NCBI GenBank assembly: GCA_964016885.1
Contig: OZ024746.1
Coordinates: 39,556,001 to 39,620,000 of the forward strand
DNA from: Eledone cirrhosa
Taxonomy: Eukaryota
Reading direction: 5' to 3'
DNA: 64,000 nucleotides
Under the pieces are notes generated by a model. The model searched no databases and was not told the origin of the DNA. It saw nothing but the letters and a program-made list of their open reading frames with translations. The position numbers were made by a program, and so were the translations under genes. Shown here piece by piece: positions 50,990-64,000 of the stretch. Position 1 is the stretch's first letter; every line of letters starts with the position of its first letter.

Positions 50990-51311
50990 TTGTTATACTT
51001 GGGGAGGGTCATATTTGTGTAATATTGCCAGAATTAATAACAGAACACACTCCTTGTTTGGTTGGTTTTCGCTTTTCGCTTCTGTCTTTTATATCGGCAA
51101 TCTAATTTATTCGGTCCTCAATGTTCGGTCCTCAATGCGGTCAAAAATAATACAGATACAATATAGACACAAACACATATATATAGTTTATCAAAGTTCT
51201 TTCGTTGCACATCTGCAACATCGTCAGTGGTGCTATTGTTTCCTCCCGTTACATTGTATGTCTACGCCATTTTTATTTAGTCTGTCTATATACCCTCCCC
51301 AAGTATAACAA
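50990..51311. mobile_element. Short element bounded by 20-bp inverted copies of the Penelope 3' terminus
   Basis: TTGTTATACTTGGGGAGGGT / ACCCTCCCCAAGTATAACAA; compare 59378-59397. Confidence 0.55.
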
Positions 51312-51352
51312 TATTTGTTTCGACACACGATTTCATATAAAAAACCTCGCAA

Positions 51353-51394
<42 letters not shown>

Positions 51395-51399
51395 GAAAA

Positions 51400-51441
<42 letters not shown>

Positions 51442-52073
51442 CATTTTCATAGAATTGTAGGAATCCCAGCACGGGGGTAGCTGTGAACAGCTGATTGCTA
51501 TGAGCATAGCAAAAGGTCGGGTTTAAAATGTAACCACACATTGAGCGGAAGAACGGAGAGAGGGAGATGGTGGAAGAAAAAGAATCTAAATCATGAGAAG
51601 AGGAGAGAAGAGGAGTAGAGAAAAGCGGGAATGAGATAAATGTAGCAACATTTTTTGGAAAATTGCGAAAGATAAAAAATGATGGAGAAAGGATGAATTG
51701 TACTGGGAGTTGTAAATATGTGTATATTTAGATACACATTGGTGCAGTCTCGGTTACCCACTCTATGTATACAGATATAACTCTGACTTTCTCCAGGTTT
51801 TGTCTTTTCACTTGCTTTCTTATTCATTTTTTCAAAAGATGATTGAATTTTCATGTATGGTGTTCAGCAGAAGATTCACGTACGTAAGTTTTCTGGACCA
51901 AAAACTAAAAATTGATCGTATTACAGTAAAGCAGCTGTCTTAAATATGCCTGTTTTATGGTAGTTTAATAAAATTCACACACATATCTGTCTGTCTATCT
52001 ATCTATCTAGCTACCTAGTTATTGATAGATAGATGGATAGATAGAGAAATAGCGAGTGTGTGCGTGTGTGTCA

Positions 52074-52137
<64 letters not shown>

Positions 52138-52337
52138 TATATATTTTATAAAACTATTTGATGTTTGACTCCCTTACACGTATTCGTACGTCTATGCTTT
52201 TTCGGCCAACACACACTCACACACACACGCACACACACATACACACACACACACACATACACATACATATATATATATGTATGTGTAAATTTAGACATGT
52301 AATTTACTGTGTTTATTTATACATATATATTACTATA

Positions 52338-52850
52338 TAATTGTTTCTACTTTAGGCACAAGGCCAGCAAATACCCAGTGTATTACTGGTACTTTATTTT
52401 ATCGACCCCGTAAGGATGAAAGGCAAAGTTAACCTCGGTGGGATTTGAACTCAGTCCGTAAAGGGACGTAACTCTGCTGCAAAGCATGGCGTCCGACCCT
52501 CTACCGATACTGCCAATCCACCGCCCTCATATATATATTACTATATAATTGTTTCTACTTTTGGCACAAGGCCAGCAAATACCCAGTGCATTACTGGTAC
52601 TTTATTTTATCGACCCCTTAAGGATGAAAGGCAAAGTTAACCTCGGCGGGATTTGAACTCAGAATGGCAAGGGCCGTAACTCTATACATCAAAGCATGGC
52701 ATCCGACCCTCTACCGATACTGCCAATCCACTACTATATAATTGTTTCTACTTTTGGCACAAGGCCAGCAATTATATCAGTGTATTACTGGTACTTTATT
52801 TTATCGACCCCGTAAGGATGAAAGGCAAAGTTAACCTCGGCCTTTCATCC
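52338..52850 (-). mobile_element. Tandem trio of SINE family A
   Basis: Copies begin at 52338, 52547, 52740, each preceded by TACTATATAAT. Confidence 0.85.
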
Positions 52851-53259
52851 TACTATATAATGCTCGGTATTTATACTTTGAGCTTGTTTTAATTGCAGGG
52901 TACCTATATGAGTTAATAACTCTTTATTTTATTTGTATTTCGGCTCCCTGAATTGGGTGAGCTTATCAAGTGAGTGGGATAAGGCTATTATTTCTAGCAT
53001 AACTACTCATACCATGTATAGCATGCAGACCACGAGGAACATATCTTTGGTCCTCAAATTGCTGTTAGAGGTGTTTTGTTTCATTTGATCTGTTACACAC
53101 ACAATTTTTCAGGGCGAAACAGATGAAATGTTTTTGATACGGTCAGTATAAAATTAATATATCATACTGTATTGTTAAGATTAAATATTTAAAAATTAGT
53201 GGTATCTTATACCCTCGTAATTTTAGACACGAAATTTACTGTGTTTATTTATACATATA

Positions 53260-53381
<122 letters not shown>

Positions 53382-53388
53382 TATATAT

Positions 53389-53847
53389 GGTGGCTGCCAA
53401 CTCGTTTTCGAGTACGGCCACTACTTTATATCCATGTAGGAGAACTCCTACCGATGCGCTGAACGAGTGACATTTTAGTCCAGCCAGCGACTTGAAAACT
53501 CTGGTACAAACACTACACTTGTGACAATTATTGACACATAGTGCTGGGCCCATGGTACCATGTGACGACAAGTGCAGAGAGATCTCCAGATATAAAGCAA
53601 TGCCTGTGCCGTGAAGCTTTTATAGTGAGCAAAGTCACTGCACAAAGCCAGTCCCACTCTCTTAACCAAGATGATATTTACCAAAAAGAAGAACAAGTCA
53701 ACATCATTGGATACCATCAGAGTTGCAGGTGTTATATCAGAGTTTTCCTTCTCCTAGAATTCTGCCTTGACAAAGGTTAAGGGGTCATCTCTCCCGGTGA
53801 TTTTGGATGGCCATTGACTCTTAAGAGCTCCTTTGCCCTTTGACAGG
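53389..53847 (-). mobile_element. Bipartite RTE-like non-autonomous element, 5'-truncated
   Basis: Reverse complement of ~61374-61834. Confidence 0.7.
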
Positions 53848-54425
53848 TATATACACACACAGAAATATAGAATAAAATGTTGCTTGAGTGAGAATGTAAG
53901 AGATAAGCTCCTAGCCAACAGACACCGGGAAATAGTTTCCATTACTGTTCAAATTGAAGCCATCCTACGTATGTTGCTAATGTTCATGGAAAAGCCCTAG
54001 ATGTGAGTGTGTATAGATACATACACACTGACACTTAGACACACACACACAGACACATAGCACACACACACGCATACATACATGCACACACACACATACA
54101 TGCACACACACACATACATGCACACACACACACATATGTATATATATTATATATTTATATATATATATAGAGAGAGAGAGAAAGCGAGAGAGAGAGAGAG
54201 AGAGTAGGAGATAGATTGATAGATAGAAAGATAGTTGGATAAATATATAGATAAATTAGATGGAGAGATTTACTATATATAGACTGTATGTATGTATATT
54301 CACAAGCCTGAAATATAAACTTATACATAAATTTGGAAACAAAAGAGGAAGCGAGAATCGCGTTTGTGCGGTCATACACGTATATGTGCATAAATCAGTG
54401 GGATATATATATATATATGTATGTA

Positions 54426-54468
<43 letters not shown>

Positions 54469-54481
54469 GTATATATATATG

Positions 54482-54513
<32 letters not shown>

Positions 54514-54532
54514 ATATATTTATTATTATTAC

Positions 54533-54563
<31 letters not shown>

Positions 54564-54598
54564 GTGTTTGTGTGTGTATATATATATATACATATATA

Positions 54599-54661
<63 letters not shown>

Positions 54662-55049
54662 CAACCTTTACTTTAACAGGAAATGGTTGAAGTGAAATTA
54701 TCTGTTTCTTCAATGTGTATGTGCGTATCTTTTTTTCTTGTATTTTATTTTTATTACAAGATAGACATCTAACACTAAAGAAGCACGATTTTCTCTCGCT
54801 CTGTACAATTCCAATAAAACACTTTCCACTAAGAATGTTTCCCTTCTCTTTAACTCACAATTGTTTATAGTATACCAAACTAAACTGACATGAGAGATAC
54901 ACCAAATGTTCTTATGTTGAGAAGAAGCCGACTTCCTTCAGAAGAAGAGTGGGAAAATTTCCCAGTGATGCTTTCTGCATGAAAAATACAGTTAAGTGTG
55001 GGATAATATATTTAATTAGTAAGTTTAAAACAACCGTCAAGACGAATAA

Positions 55050-55255
55050 AACACAGATGTGCTGGCTACATCTCACGACTCAGTGACAACAGATGGATGA
55101 TCAGAGTGACAGAGTGGACACCAAGAAAATCGACAAGATCAAAATGACGCCCAAGGACGATCTCACCAACCACCTGGGACCCTCATGACCAAGACTGGCA
55201 AGGGACAGAAGTAGGTGGAAGTTTTTCAGGAAGGGGTTCCTCACCCGTGAGTGAT
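55050..55255 (+). pseudogene. RTE LINE 3' fragment
   Basis: AGYISRLSDNRWMIRVTEWTPR..RP..DDL..RLARDRSRWK. Confidence 0.7.
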
Positions 55256-56286
55256 TTCAAGAACTTGGATCAAGAAGAAAGTCAAGAAGTTTAAAAGAAT
55301 GTTTAATCACTTGAAATTACACTCGTAATGAACAGAACAACCATTAGTGTTAATGAGAATTCTTGTAGAATAAGTTTGAGGTCTCTAAATTTTAAATTGA
55401 TTAAACATTAAATAACTATATGCGGTGTGGTGTGAGTTTTATCTTTGTTAGTCGTGCTAAGAAATCTTTTGGTCCATTTAGACCTTTTCAGCGAAGCAAT
55501 TTAATATCTAACTATTGAACATTGTAATGACTTTGAGAGGATATAATTATAAGGTTTGGTTGTCACGTGTTAGACAAGTTCACTGTGGAGTCTCATAAAA
55601 CCAAACTATATCCAGAGTTGTCACCGATTCAACATAGCTTTAGTTTATTTCATAGTTGTTTTGTTTTAGGGTGGCTATAATTGAGCTGACCTGTCATATA
55701 TCCGGGGTATTCCATCCGGGCCATTAGATTTTTGTATATCTAGAACTACACTAATTATTCTATATGTGAAAATATTTTTTTATAACAGAGTAGCGTGCTA
55801 TCCCGTGTGTAACCGAAAACATTCGGACTTACCTTGTCTTCCATTCAGTTTAGGCAGAGTCGTCCACCGGTTTCGCTCTCGCTTCACACTACATGTCCTC
55901 ACTCGACCACGAACTCTGGGGAAAGGGCCAGTCAGTAGCCCCTGAACCCTCATGAGACGTCACTTATCCTCCCGCTTTCGGTCAGGCGTCCCCCAACTTC
56001 CGGCAATCTCCCTCACGGTAACCCCATAACGTGGTAGATTAATCTCTAATCTGCTTAATGCTATAGAGAGCCGAGATAACCACTGGTCATATGATACTTA
56101 TGATTTGGAATAGGATACGACTTTCTCTAGGTTAGAAATACACTAAAATCATAGAATATTATAAGACTTCATAATTAGGACCACAACTTACGGTGTTTTC
56201 AATGTTTCGAAGTTGGGGGAACATTTTGTTCCTTTTTAAAACAATATTAGGCCGTATATATTAGAATGGTTTTTCATTTAGTTAGA

Positions 56287-56831
56287 AGGCCAACAATTTG
56301 TAGGGAAGGGGAAAATCGATCCCAGTTCATTCCTAGTACTTTATTTTATCGACCTCGTAAGGATGAAAGCTAACCTCAGCAGGATTTGAACTCAGAACGT
56401 AAAGGGCCGTAACTCAATGCCGTAAAGCATGGCGTCCAACGTTCTACCAATACTTCCAATTGAACTCGGAACGTAAAGGGACGTAACTCAATGCCGTTAG
56501 CATGTTGTCTGACGTTCTACCGATACTGCCAATTGAACTCGTAACATAAAGGGCCGTAACTCAATGCCGTAAAGCCTGTTGCCTGATGTTCTACCGATAC
56601 TGCCAATTGAACTCAGAACGTAAAGGGCCGTAACTCAAGGCCATTAGCATGTTGTCTGATGTTCTATCGATACTGCCAATTGAATTCGGAACGTAAATAG
56701 CCGTAACTCAATGCCGTAAAGCATGTTGTCCGACGATCTATCGATACTGCCAATTGAACTCAGAACGTAAAGGACCGTAACTCTATACTGTAAAGCATGG
56801 CGTCTGACCCTCTACCGATACTGCCAATCCA
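56287..56831 (-). mobile_element. SINE family A with six tandem tRNA-like heads
   Basis: 73-74-bp units begin at 56386, 56460, 56533, 56607, 56680, 56754; single body/tail at 56287-56385. Confidence 0.85.
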
Positions 56832-57370
56832 CAATCATATAACTTTCTCCGCAGGAAGGACTGTTTGATCACCACATTCTACTTACGCATGCCTTACTAC
56901 AGGCTCTCTTTAGGATTACAATATTTGGATAGGAGATATACGTAATCGAGCCGCTCAAACTACTTTGAATTCAGAGACTCTCTCTCTTTGTTTTTGAGTA
57001 CATAATATATATATATATATATATAAATACAGAAACGGAGAAAGCTAATAGCGATACTCCGGCAAAATTCCAACTCACTCAACAAACATTAGGAAATATC
57101 TGAGTATATTCCTAATTAAACGTTCGGGGTGCTAACTATATTGTATTGTGTGGAGAAATGGCTGTATCATTTCATATGAGATATATTAAATATATCATAT
57201 ATATATATTTCGTTTCTGAATTTGTACTAGTAACTACAGACTTTCCTATTTCCTCTCCCTGATCATACGCCCCATCATTGAAATGTCTCCAGATGTATGT
57301 GACAGCACGGAGGACCTCCTCAGCAGAATCGGCGAGAGTAACCGATCTAGGGACCTAACAAACTGGTAGT

Positions 57371-59026
57371 ATGGATGTTGTGTCCCTGTATCCATCTATT
57401 GACGTGGATTTTGCTGTGGAGAAATGCGTAGAAATGATCAGTGAGAGCAATGTTGAATTCCGTGGGATTGATACCAGTGAGCTGGGACTCCTACTTAAAC
57501 TTACCTATAGTAATAATTATCTAGATACATATTACCTTAGCAACCTGTGCCCTACAATACCAGCAAGAGGCAGATCACCTACCATTACCTCAATGGCCAA
57601 GAAAACCCACACAGATATATGGAACGGGTGGACCAGAGCCATACGGACCCCAGAAAACCACGATGAACTAAAGAAAATGATTGCACATGCGGTGGGGGCC
57701 AGCATAAAATTAACCCTTAAGGAACATATGTTCAAATTTAATGGAAAAACATATGACCAAGAGGAGGGAGCAGCCATTGGTGTTAGCATTGCAGGCGACA
57801 TAGCTAACCTATTCATGGTATGGTGGGACAGTAGACTTAAACTTAAACTTAAAGAACAATTAGAAGACCCCTTAACCCTGATAATGTACTCCCGCTACGT
57901 TGATGGTATAAACATCGTAGTAAAAACACCCCCACTAGAGAACAGTCAGGAATTAGAGAAAAACACAATGGAAAGCATCCAGCAAATAGCTAACTCCATC
58001 CACCAGAGTATTAGAGTTACTATAGACTACCCAAGCAAACACCCCAACCATCGATTACCTGTACTAGACACAGAGCTCTGGTTAGATACCATTAATAACA
58101 AAAAATAAATCCTCCATTCCCATTATGCCAAACCCATGACTTCCAAATATCTGATCCACCGAAACTCAGCTGTTTCGAACCATACCAAAATCAACATACT
58201 GATTGCGGATTTGGTACGAGTGATGAGAAACGTGTCCCGCATGTGCAACCCCAAAGAACTAGAGAGACACATACAACAGTTCATCCACCGTATGCAGTTC
58301 TCTGGTTACAATCAGAGAGATAAAATCAGAGTGTATAGAGGAGCCAGAACCAAATGGGAAAAAATGGTAAATAATGACACAAATGGGACCTGCCCCTTGT
58401 ATAGGAGCAAATTTTGGAATAGAATAGAAAGAACTAGGAATAAGGCTAATAGAATAAACTCATGGTATGATAGCAATAAATACCAGAGTGTAATGTTCAT
58501 CGATACAACCCCTAGAGGTGAATTAGCTTACACATTTAGAAGGGCCCTAGATAAACATAAACTCAATATTAAGATAGTAGAAAGACCAGGTACCTCTATA
58601 AAAATACTTATTAGCAAGACATACCCTTTTCAAAGACCTCCCTGTATAGATAAGAAATGTATAATCTGTAAATTAAGCCCCCCTATTAACTGTAAAACTA
58701 GAAATGTAGTATATAGCATAAGATGTACTGAAGGACAGTGTAGAGATAAAAATATAGTGTACATAGGTGAGACAGCTCGTAGTATAGGGGAACGGATAAA
58801 TGAACACTGGCGAGACCTTCAAGATAGTAAAGAATCATCTATACTCTACCAACATGCTAAAATAGAACATAAGGGTAAATTAGAGAACATAGAAATAAAA
58901 ATAGAATCTACACACAGAAAAGACGCAATGTTTAGACAAATCACAGAGGCAATAAACATAAATGAACTCCAACCAAAATTAAATAGAAAACATGAGTGGA
59001 ACAGCAACATCACAACTTACAATTAA
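57371..59026 (+). pseudogene. PLE RT-GIY-YIG ORF with one in-frame TAA (58106-58108)
   Basis: MDVVSLYP, GAAIG, RYVDGI (YxDD mutated), LPVLD; CIDKKCIIC; NVVYSIRC..YIGETAR..RINEH. Confidence 0.88.
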
Positions 59027-59227
59027 GGACAAAATGAAAACACACACGTACATAGAACAAACAACCAGCCAGTAACATGTAAATAAACAAATAAATAAAC
59101 GAATATAAACACACACAGACACCCGGATGTAACACATGCGCAAACTAAGCACACAACACACACACAAAAACAAGATGGCGTAGGACAGAACAAAGGAGAG
59201 GCACAAAAACAAAGAAAAGAATCCCCA

Positions 59228-59270
59228 GTCACTGAAGAGGTCACAGAATGTGTGACGAAAGAACTTTGAC
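59228..59270 (+). ncRNA. Minimal hammerhead motif in PLE 3' region
   Basis: GTCA-CTGAAGA-G-GTCACA/TGTGAC-GAAAG-AA-CTT-TGAC. Confidence 0.65.
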
Positions 59271-59549
59271 AATATATAAACAATCATCTGGTTGTGGAAC
59301 CAACCAACCAACCGGAAATTTATTATAATAAATTGAAGTGAAAGTAACTGGTGCGTGTGTTTCTTATTGGCAACATGACCCTCCCAAAGTATAACAATAT
59401 ATATATATATATTAATAAATATTTGCTCTACGGTTCTTATATATTTGATATATATTTATCCTTATCGAGCCCTCTTTGGATTTTAGTCTTCACATTTATT
59501 ATTATTACTATATATATATGGTCCATGTGGTTCCTTACCACATTTCCTT

Positions 59550-59883
<334 letters not shown>

Positions 59884-60445
59884 TATGTTACAGAATAATA
59901 GAACAATTGTGGTGGTTATCTGCCTTAGTTTCAAGAATGTCGACAAGGAAATATTCTTACTACATTCTTTCGGATTTTATCACATAGCTAAGTAAATGCT
60001 GCTTTAAATCGTTTTGTCACCAGCGGCTGACGAAACTCGAATCTGATTGTTATTGATGACAGGCAATATGGGTAAACACAACTTTGATTATTATACATTT
60101 GAGCTTATCGTAGATAAACCCTACTTATGTTCTCCTAATTAAATGAATATTGGTTCTGGAATTCTATTTTCGGGACTCAATTTGATATCCTAATGGAATT
60201 TTGATGTAAGAACTTTTTTCACGTGTGTGCGACGTTCGTGTTGAAATGGTTTACAAACAACTGACTAAATAATGTATTTCTATGAAGAGTTAACAAAACC
60301 GTTGAGGTTCATTCGGTTACACTGTAATGGCGGCTGGTAAAACAAACTTGTTGAAATACTGTAGCCTTATAACATTGTGTGCGTGTATGTGAGTCTATGT
60401 GTGTGTGTGTGCGTGTACGTGTGTGTACGTGTGTTAGAATGTGTG

Positions 60446-60481
<36 letters not shown>

Positions 60482-60549
60482 GGTGTGTGTTTGTATGTTT
60501 ATGTTTTTGTGTGTTTGTGTGTGTATGTGTATATATATATATGTGTATG

Positions 60550-60614
<65 letters not shown>

Positions 60615-60929
60615 ATGTGTATGTGTGTGTGTGTGTGTGTTTGTATGTGTGTATAAATATATATATATGTGTGTGTGTGTATGTGTGTGTATGATCAGTA
60701 CCAAGAAATACTGTAGCCTTATAACATTGTGTGCGTGTATGTGAGTCTATGTGTGTGTGTGTGCGCGTGCGTGTGTTAGAATGTGTGTATATATATATAT
60801 TTATGTATGTATATATATATATTTATGTATGTATGTATATATATGTATGTATGTATGTATATATATATGTATGTATATGTATGTATGTATGTATATATAT
60901 ATGTATGTATGTATGTATATATATGTATG

Positions 60930-60970
<41 letters not shown>

Positions 60971-61052
60971 GTATGTATGTATATATATGTATGTATGTAT
61001 ATGTATGTATGTATATATATGTATGTATGTATATGTATATATGTATGTGTAT

Positions 61053-61084
<32 letters not shown>

Positions 61085-61085
61085 G

Positions 61086-61116
<31 letters not shown>

Positions 61117-61159
61117 GTATATATATGTATGTATGTATATGTATGTATATGTATGTATA

Positions 61160-61223
<64 letters not shown>

Positions 61224-61227
61224 TTAT

Positions 61228-61834
61228 GTCAGGTCACCAGTTGGTGCTACTGGTAACATGTATCCCAGTACAACCTGTCCCATGGTCGGGTCGTTGGCGA
61301 CTAAACTGGCAACCCCACCAATGTTTCTTGGTGAGGAGGGTGACTTTGGACATCCTGCAGGACTAAAAACAAAACCTGTCAAAGGGCAAAGGAGCTCTTA
61401 AGAGTCAATGGCCTCCAAAATCACCGGGAGAGATGACCCCTTAGCCTTTGTCAAGGCAGAATTCTAGGAGAAGGAAAACTCTGATATAACACCTGCAACC
61501 CTGATGATATCCAATGATGTTGACTTGTTCTTCTTTTTGGTAAATATCATCTTGGTTAAGAGAGTGGGACTGGCTTTGTGCAGTGCCTTTGCTCACTATA
61601 AAAGCTTCACGGCACAGGCATTGCTTTATATCTGGAGATCTCTCTGCACTTGTCGTCACATGGTACCATGGGCCCAGCACTATGTGTCAGTAATTGTCAC
61701 AAGTGTAGTGTTTGTACCAGAGTTTTCAAGTCGCTGGCTGGACTAAAAAGTCACACTCGTTCAGCGCATCGGTAGGGGTTCTCCTACATGGATATAAAGT
61801 AGTGGCCGTACTCGAAAACGAGTTGGCAGCCACC
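61228..61834 (+). mobile_element. Bipartite RTE-like non-autonomous element (~600 bp)
   Basis: 5' part with CTAGGAGAAGGAAAACTCTGA (RTE 5'UTR-like, by recognition); 3' part encodes C2H2 finger CSVCTRVFKSLAGLKSHTRSAHR*. Confidence 0.7.
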
Positions 61835-61865
<31 letters not shown>

Positions 61866-61935
61866 GGTGTGTGTTTGTATGTTTATGTTTTTGTGTGTTT
61901 GTGTGTGTATGTGTATATATATATATGTGTATATG

Positions 61936-61989
<54 letters not shown>

Positions 61990-62002
61990 TATGTGTGTAT
62001 AA

Positions 62003-62036
<34 letters not shown>

Positions 62037-62599
62037 ATGTGTGTGTATGATCAGTACCAACAAAAGTAAACTATATCTCATCTCCATGAAAGACGTTTTC
62101 AATCCACTTTCGACTATATAGTGTAACCGCTTCACTTAATTTAATAGCTTAATGTTTTCAAAAAAAAAAAGGCTGAACATCAGAAGCCTATAACTCCATC
62201 GAACAGGATTCAAAAGGGCTTATCATCAACCGACAGATACACCTAGGTCATGAAAGGCCAATCAATACAACTATTTCCCACACTATTACATAGATACATA
62301 AACACATATACATACATATACACATACATGCATACATAAATACATACATACATACACACATGCCCACACACATACAAGCAATCATATATATATATATATA
62401 TATATATAAACATATATATATATATTTATATAAACATATATATATATATACACATATACATCCATACATGCATCCATCCACCCATACATGCATACATACA
62501 TTCATCCATCCATCCATCCATACATACATGCATACATACATACATACATAAATACATACATACATACCCACACACATACAAGCAATCATATATATATAT

Positions 62600-63199
62600 A
62601 CCAGTTGGTGCTACTGGTAACATGTATCTCAGTACAACCTGTCTCATGGTCGGGTCGTTGGCGACTAAACTGGCAACGCCACCAAGGTTTCTTGGTGAGG
62701 AGGGTGACTGTGGACATCCTGCAGGACTAAAAACAAAACCTGTCAAAGGGCAAAGGAGCCCTTAAGAGTCAATGGCCATCCAAAATCACCGGGAGAGATG
62801 AACCCTTAGCCTTTGTCAAGGCAGAATTCTAGGAGAAGGAAAACTCTGATATAACACCTGCAACTCTGATGGTATCCAATGATGTTGGCTTGTTCTTCTT
62901 TTTGGTAAATATCATCTTGGTTAAGAGAGTGGGACTGGCTTTGTGCAGTGCCTTTGCTCACTATAAAAGCTTCACGGCACAGGCATTGCTTTATATCTGG
63001 AGATCTCTCTGCACTTGTCGTCACATGGTATCATAGGCCCAGCACTATGTGTCAATACTTGTCACAAGTGTAGTGTTTGTACCAGAGTTTTCAAGTCGCT
63101 GGCTGGATTAAAAAATCACAATCGTTCAGCGCATCGGTAGGGGTTCTCCTACATGGATATAAAGTAGTGGCCGTACTCGAAAACGAGTTGGCAGCCTCC
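62600..63199 (+). mobile_element. Bipartite RTE-like non-autonomous element, second full copy
   Basis: Colinear and highly similar to 61236-61834. Confidence 0.7.
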
Positions 63200-63243
63200 A
63201 TGTATGTATGTATGCATGGCATGAATGTATATGTGTGTGTATA

Positions 63244-63279
<36 letters not shown>

Positions 63280-63285
63280 CCAACA

Positions 63286-63567
63286 TATATAAATGCACGT
63301 AAAAGACGGATATTTGCAGCATCTGGTCGGTTCTCTTTCTTTTCTTTTCTCGCCTGTTTCGTACATTTATGTCTGTATGTATGTATGTATGGATGGATGC
63401 ATGTATGTATGATGTATGAATGTATATACACACATATACATTCATACATCATACATCCATACATACATACATACAGACAGACATAAATGTACGAAACAGG
63501 CGAGAAAAGAAAAGAAAGAGAAACGACCAGATGCTGCAAATATCCGTCTTTTACGTGCATTTATATA
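63286..63567. repeat. ~280-bp palindrome with (TATG)n/(CATA)n centre
   Basis: TATATAAATGCACGTAAAAGACGGATATTTGCAGCATCTGGTCG and its reverse complement. Confidence 0.85.
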
Positions 63568-63582
63568 GACACATTAATACAT

Positions 63583-63668
<86 letters not shown>

Positions 63669-63811
63669 GCACACAGATTAATAGACACTACTGGACAGCC
63701 TTTGGCACTCCTGAGTTCCTGAGTGCATCCGTTCTTTGACAGGTTTTATTTATATTCCCCAAGGGTGTCTAAAAGTCACCCGCATCACTATGCATACATA
63801 TCCACAACGAT

Positions 63812-63828
63812 CTATCTATCTTTCTATC

Positions 63829-63901
<73 letters not shown>

Positions 63902-63958
63902 CCTAACCTATCTATCTATCTATCTATCTATCTACCTATCTATCTATCTATCTATCTA
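63812..63958. repeat. (TATC)n microsatellite, unoccupied
   Basis: Direct reading. Confidence 0.95.
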
Positions 63959-64000
63959 TTTTATTTTTTGTTATATTTTATTTTATTTTTATATATTGTT

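Larger units (their letters stand above)
57258..59397 (+). mobile_element. 5'-truncated Penelope-like retroelement (Cys-rich linker, Neptune-like)
   Basis: RT + GIY-YIG coding region, 3' region with hammerhead, ends at (TA)n. Confidence 0.9.

Noticed and set aside
55790-56040. GC-richer unique segment
   Set aside because: No ORF, termini or RNA motif I can support; probably an unidentified repeat fragment.
56386-56831. CRISPR array or tRNA gene cluster
   Set aside because: Whole units repeat without unique spacers and match the SINE head; no cloverleaf evident.
58106-58108. In-frame stop in the PLE as selenocysteine (Naiad-like)
   Set aside because: Codon is TAA, not TGA; the catalytic motif is also mutated.

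Overview
Repeat-dense, AT-rich animal genomic DNA. The (TA)n/(CA)n/(GA)n/(GATA)n load and SINE families suggest an octopus or other coleoid cephalopod (inference). The core (25.4-37.3 kb, minus strand) is a head-to-tail stack of three Tx1-clade (L1-group) non-LTR retrotransposons: one apparently intact, one full-length but broken, one 5'-truncated. Every junction is a (TATC)n/(GATA)n run. In both full-length copies a consensus splice donor sits at the ORF1 stop codon. In all three copies the ORF2 stop codon is a YAG|G acceptor-like site, so ORF2 looks like a removable intron. Both 5'UTRs also carry a conserved donor and candidate 60-68 nt intron. The rest of the window holds a 5'-truncated Penelope-like element (PLE; RT + GIY-YIG), many fold-back PLE tails in (TA)n with hammerhead ribozyme cores, and a 2.4-kb palindrome. 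It also holds many tRNA-derived SINEs (one with a six-fold amplified head), a bipartite RTE-derived element in three copies, a non-autonomous Helitron, MITEs and decayed LINEs. Short splice-bounded segments may belong to a plus-strand host gene (uncertain). Most ORFs in the track are microsatellite or antisense artefacts.
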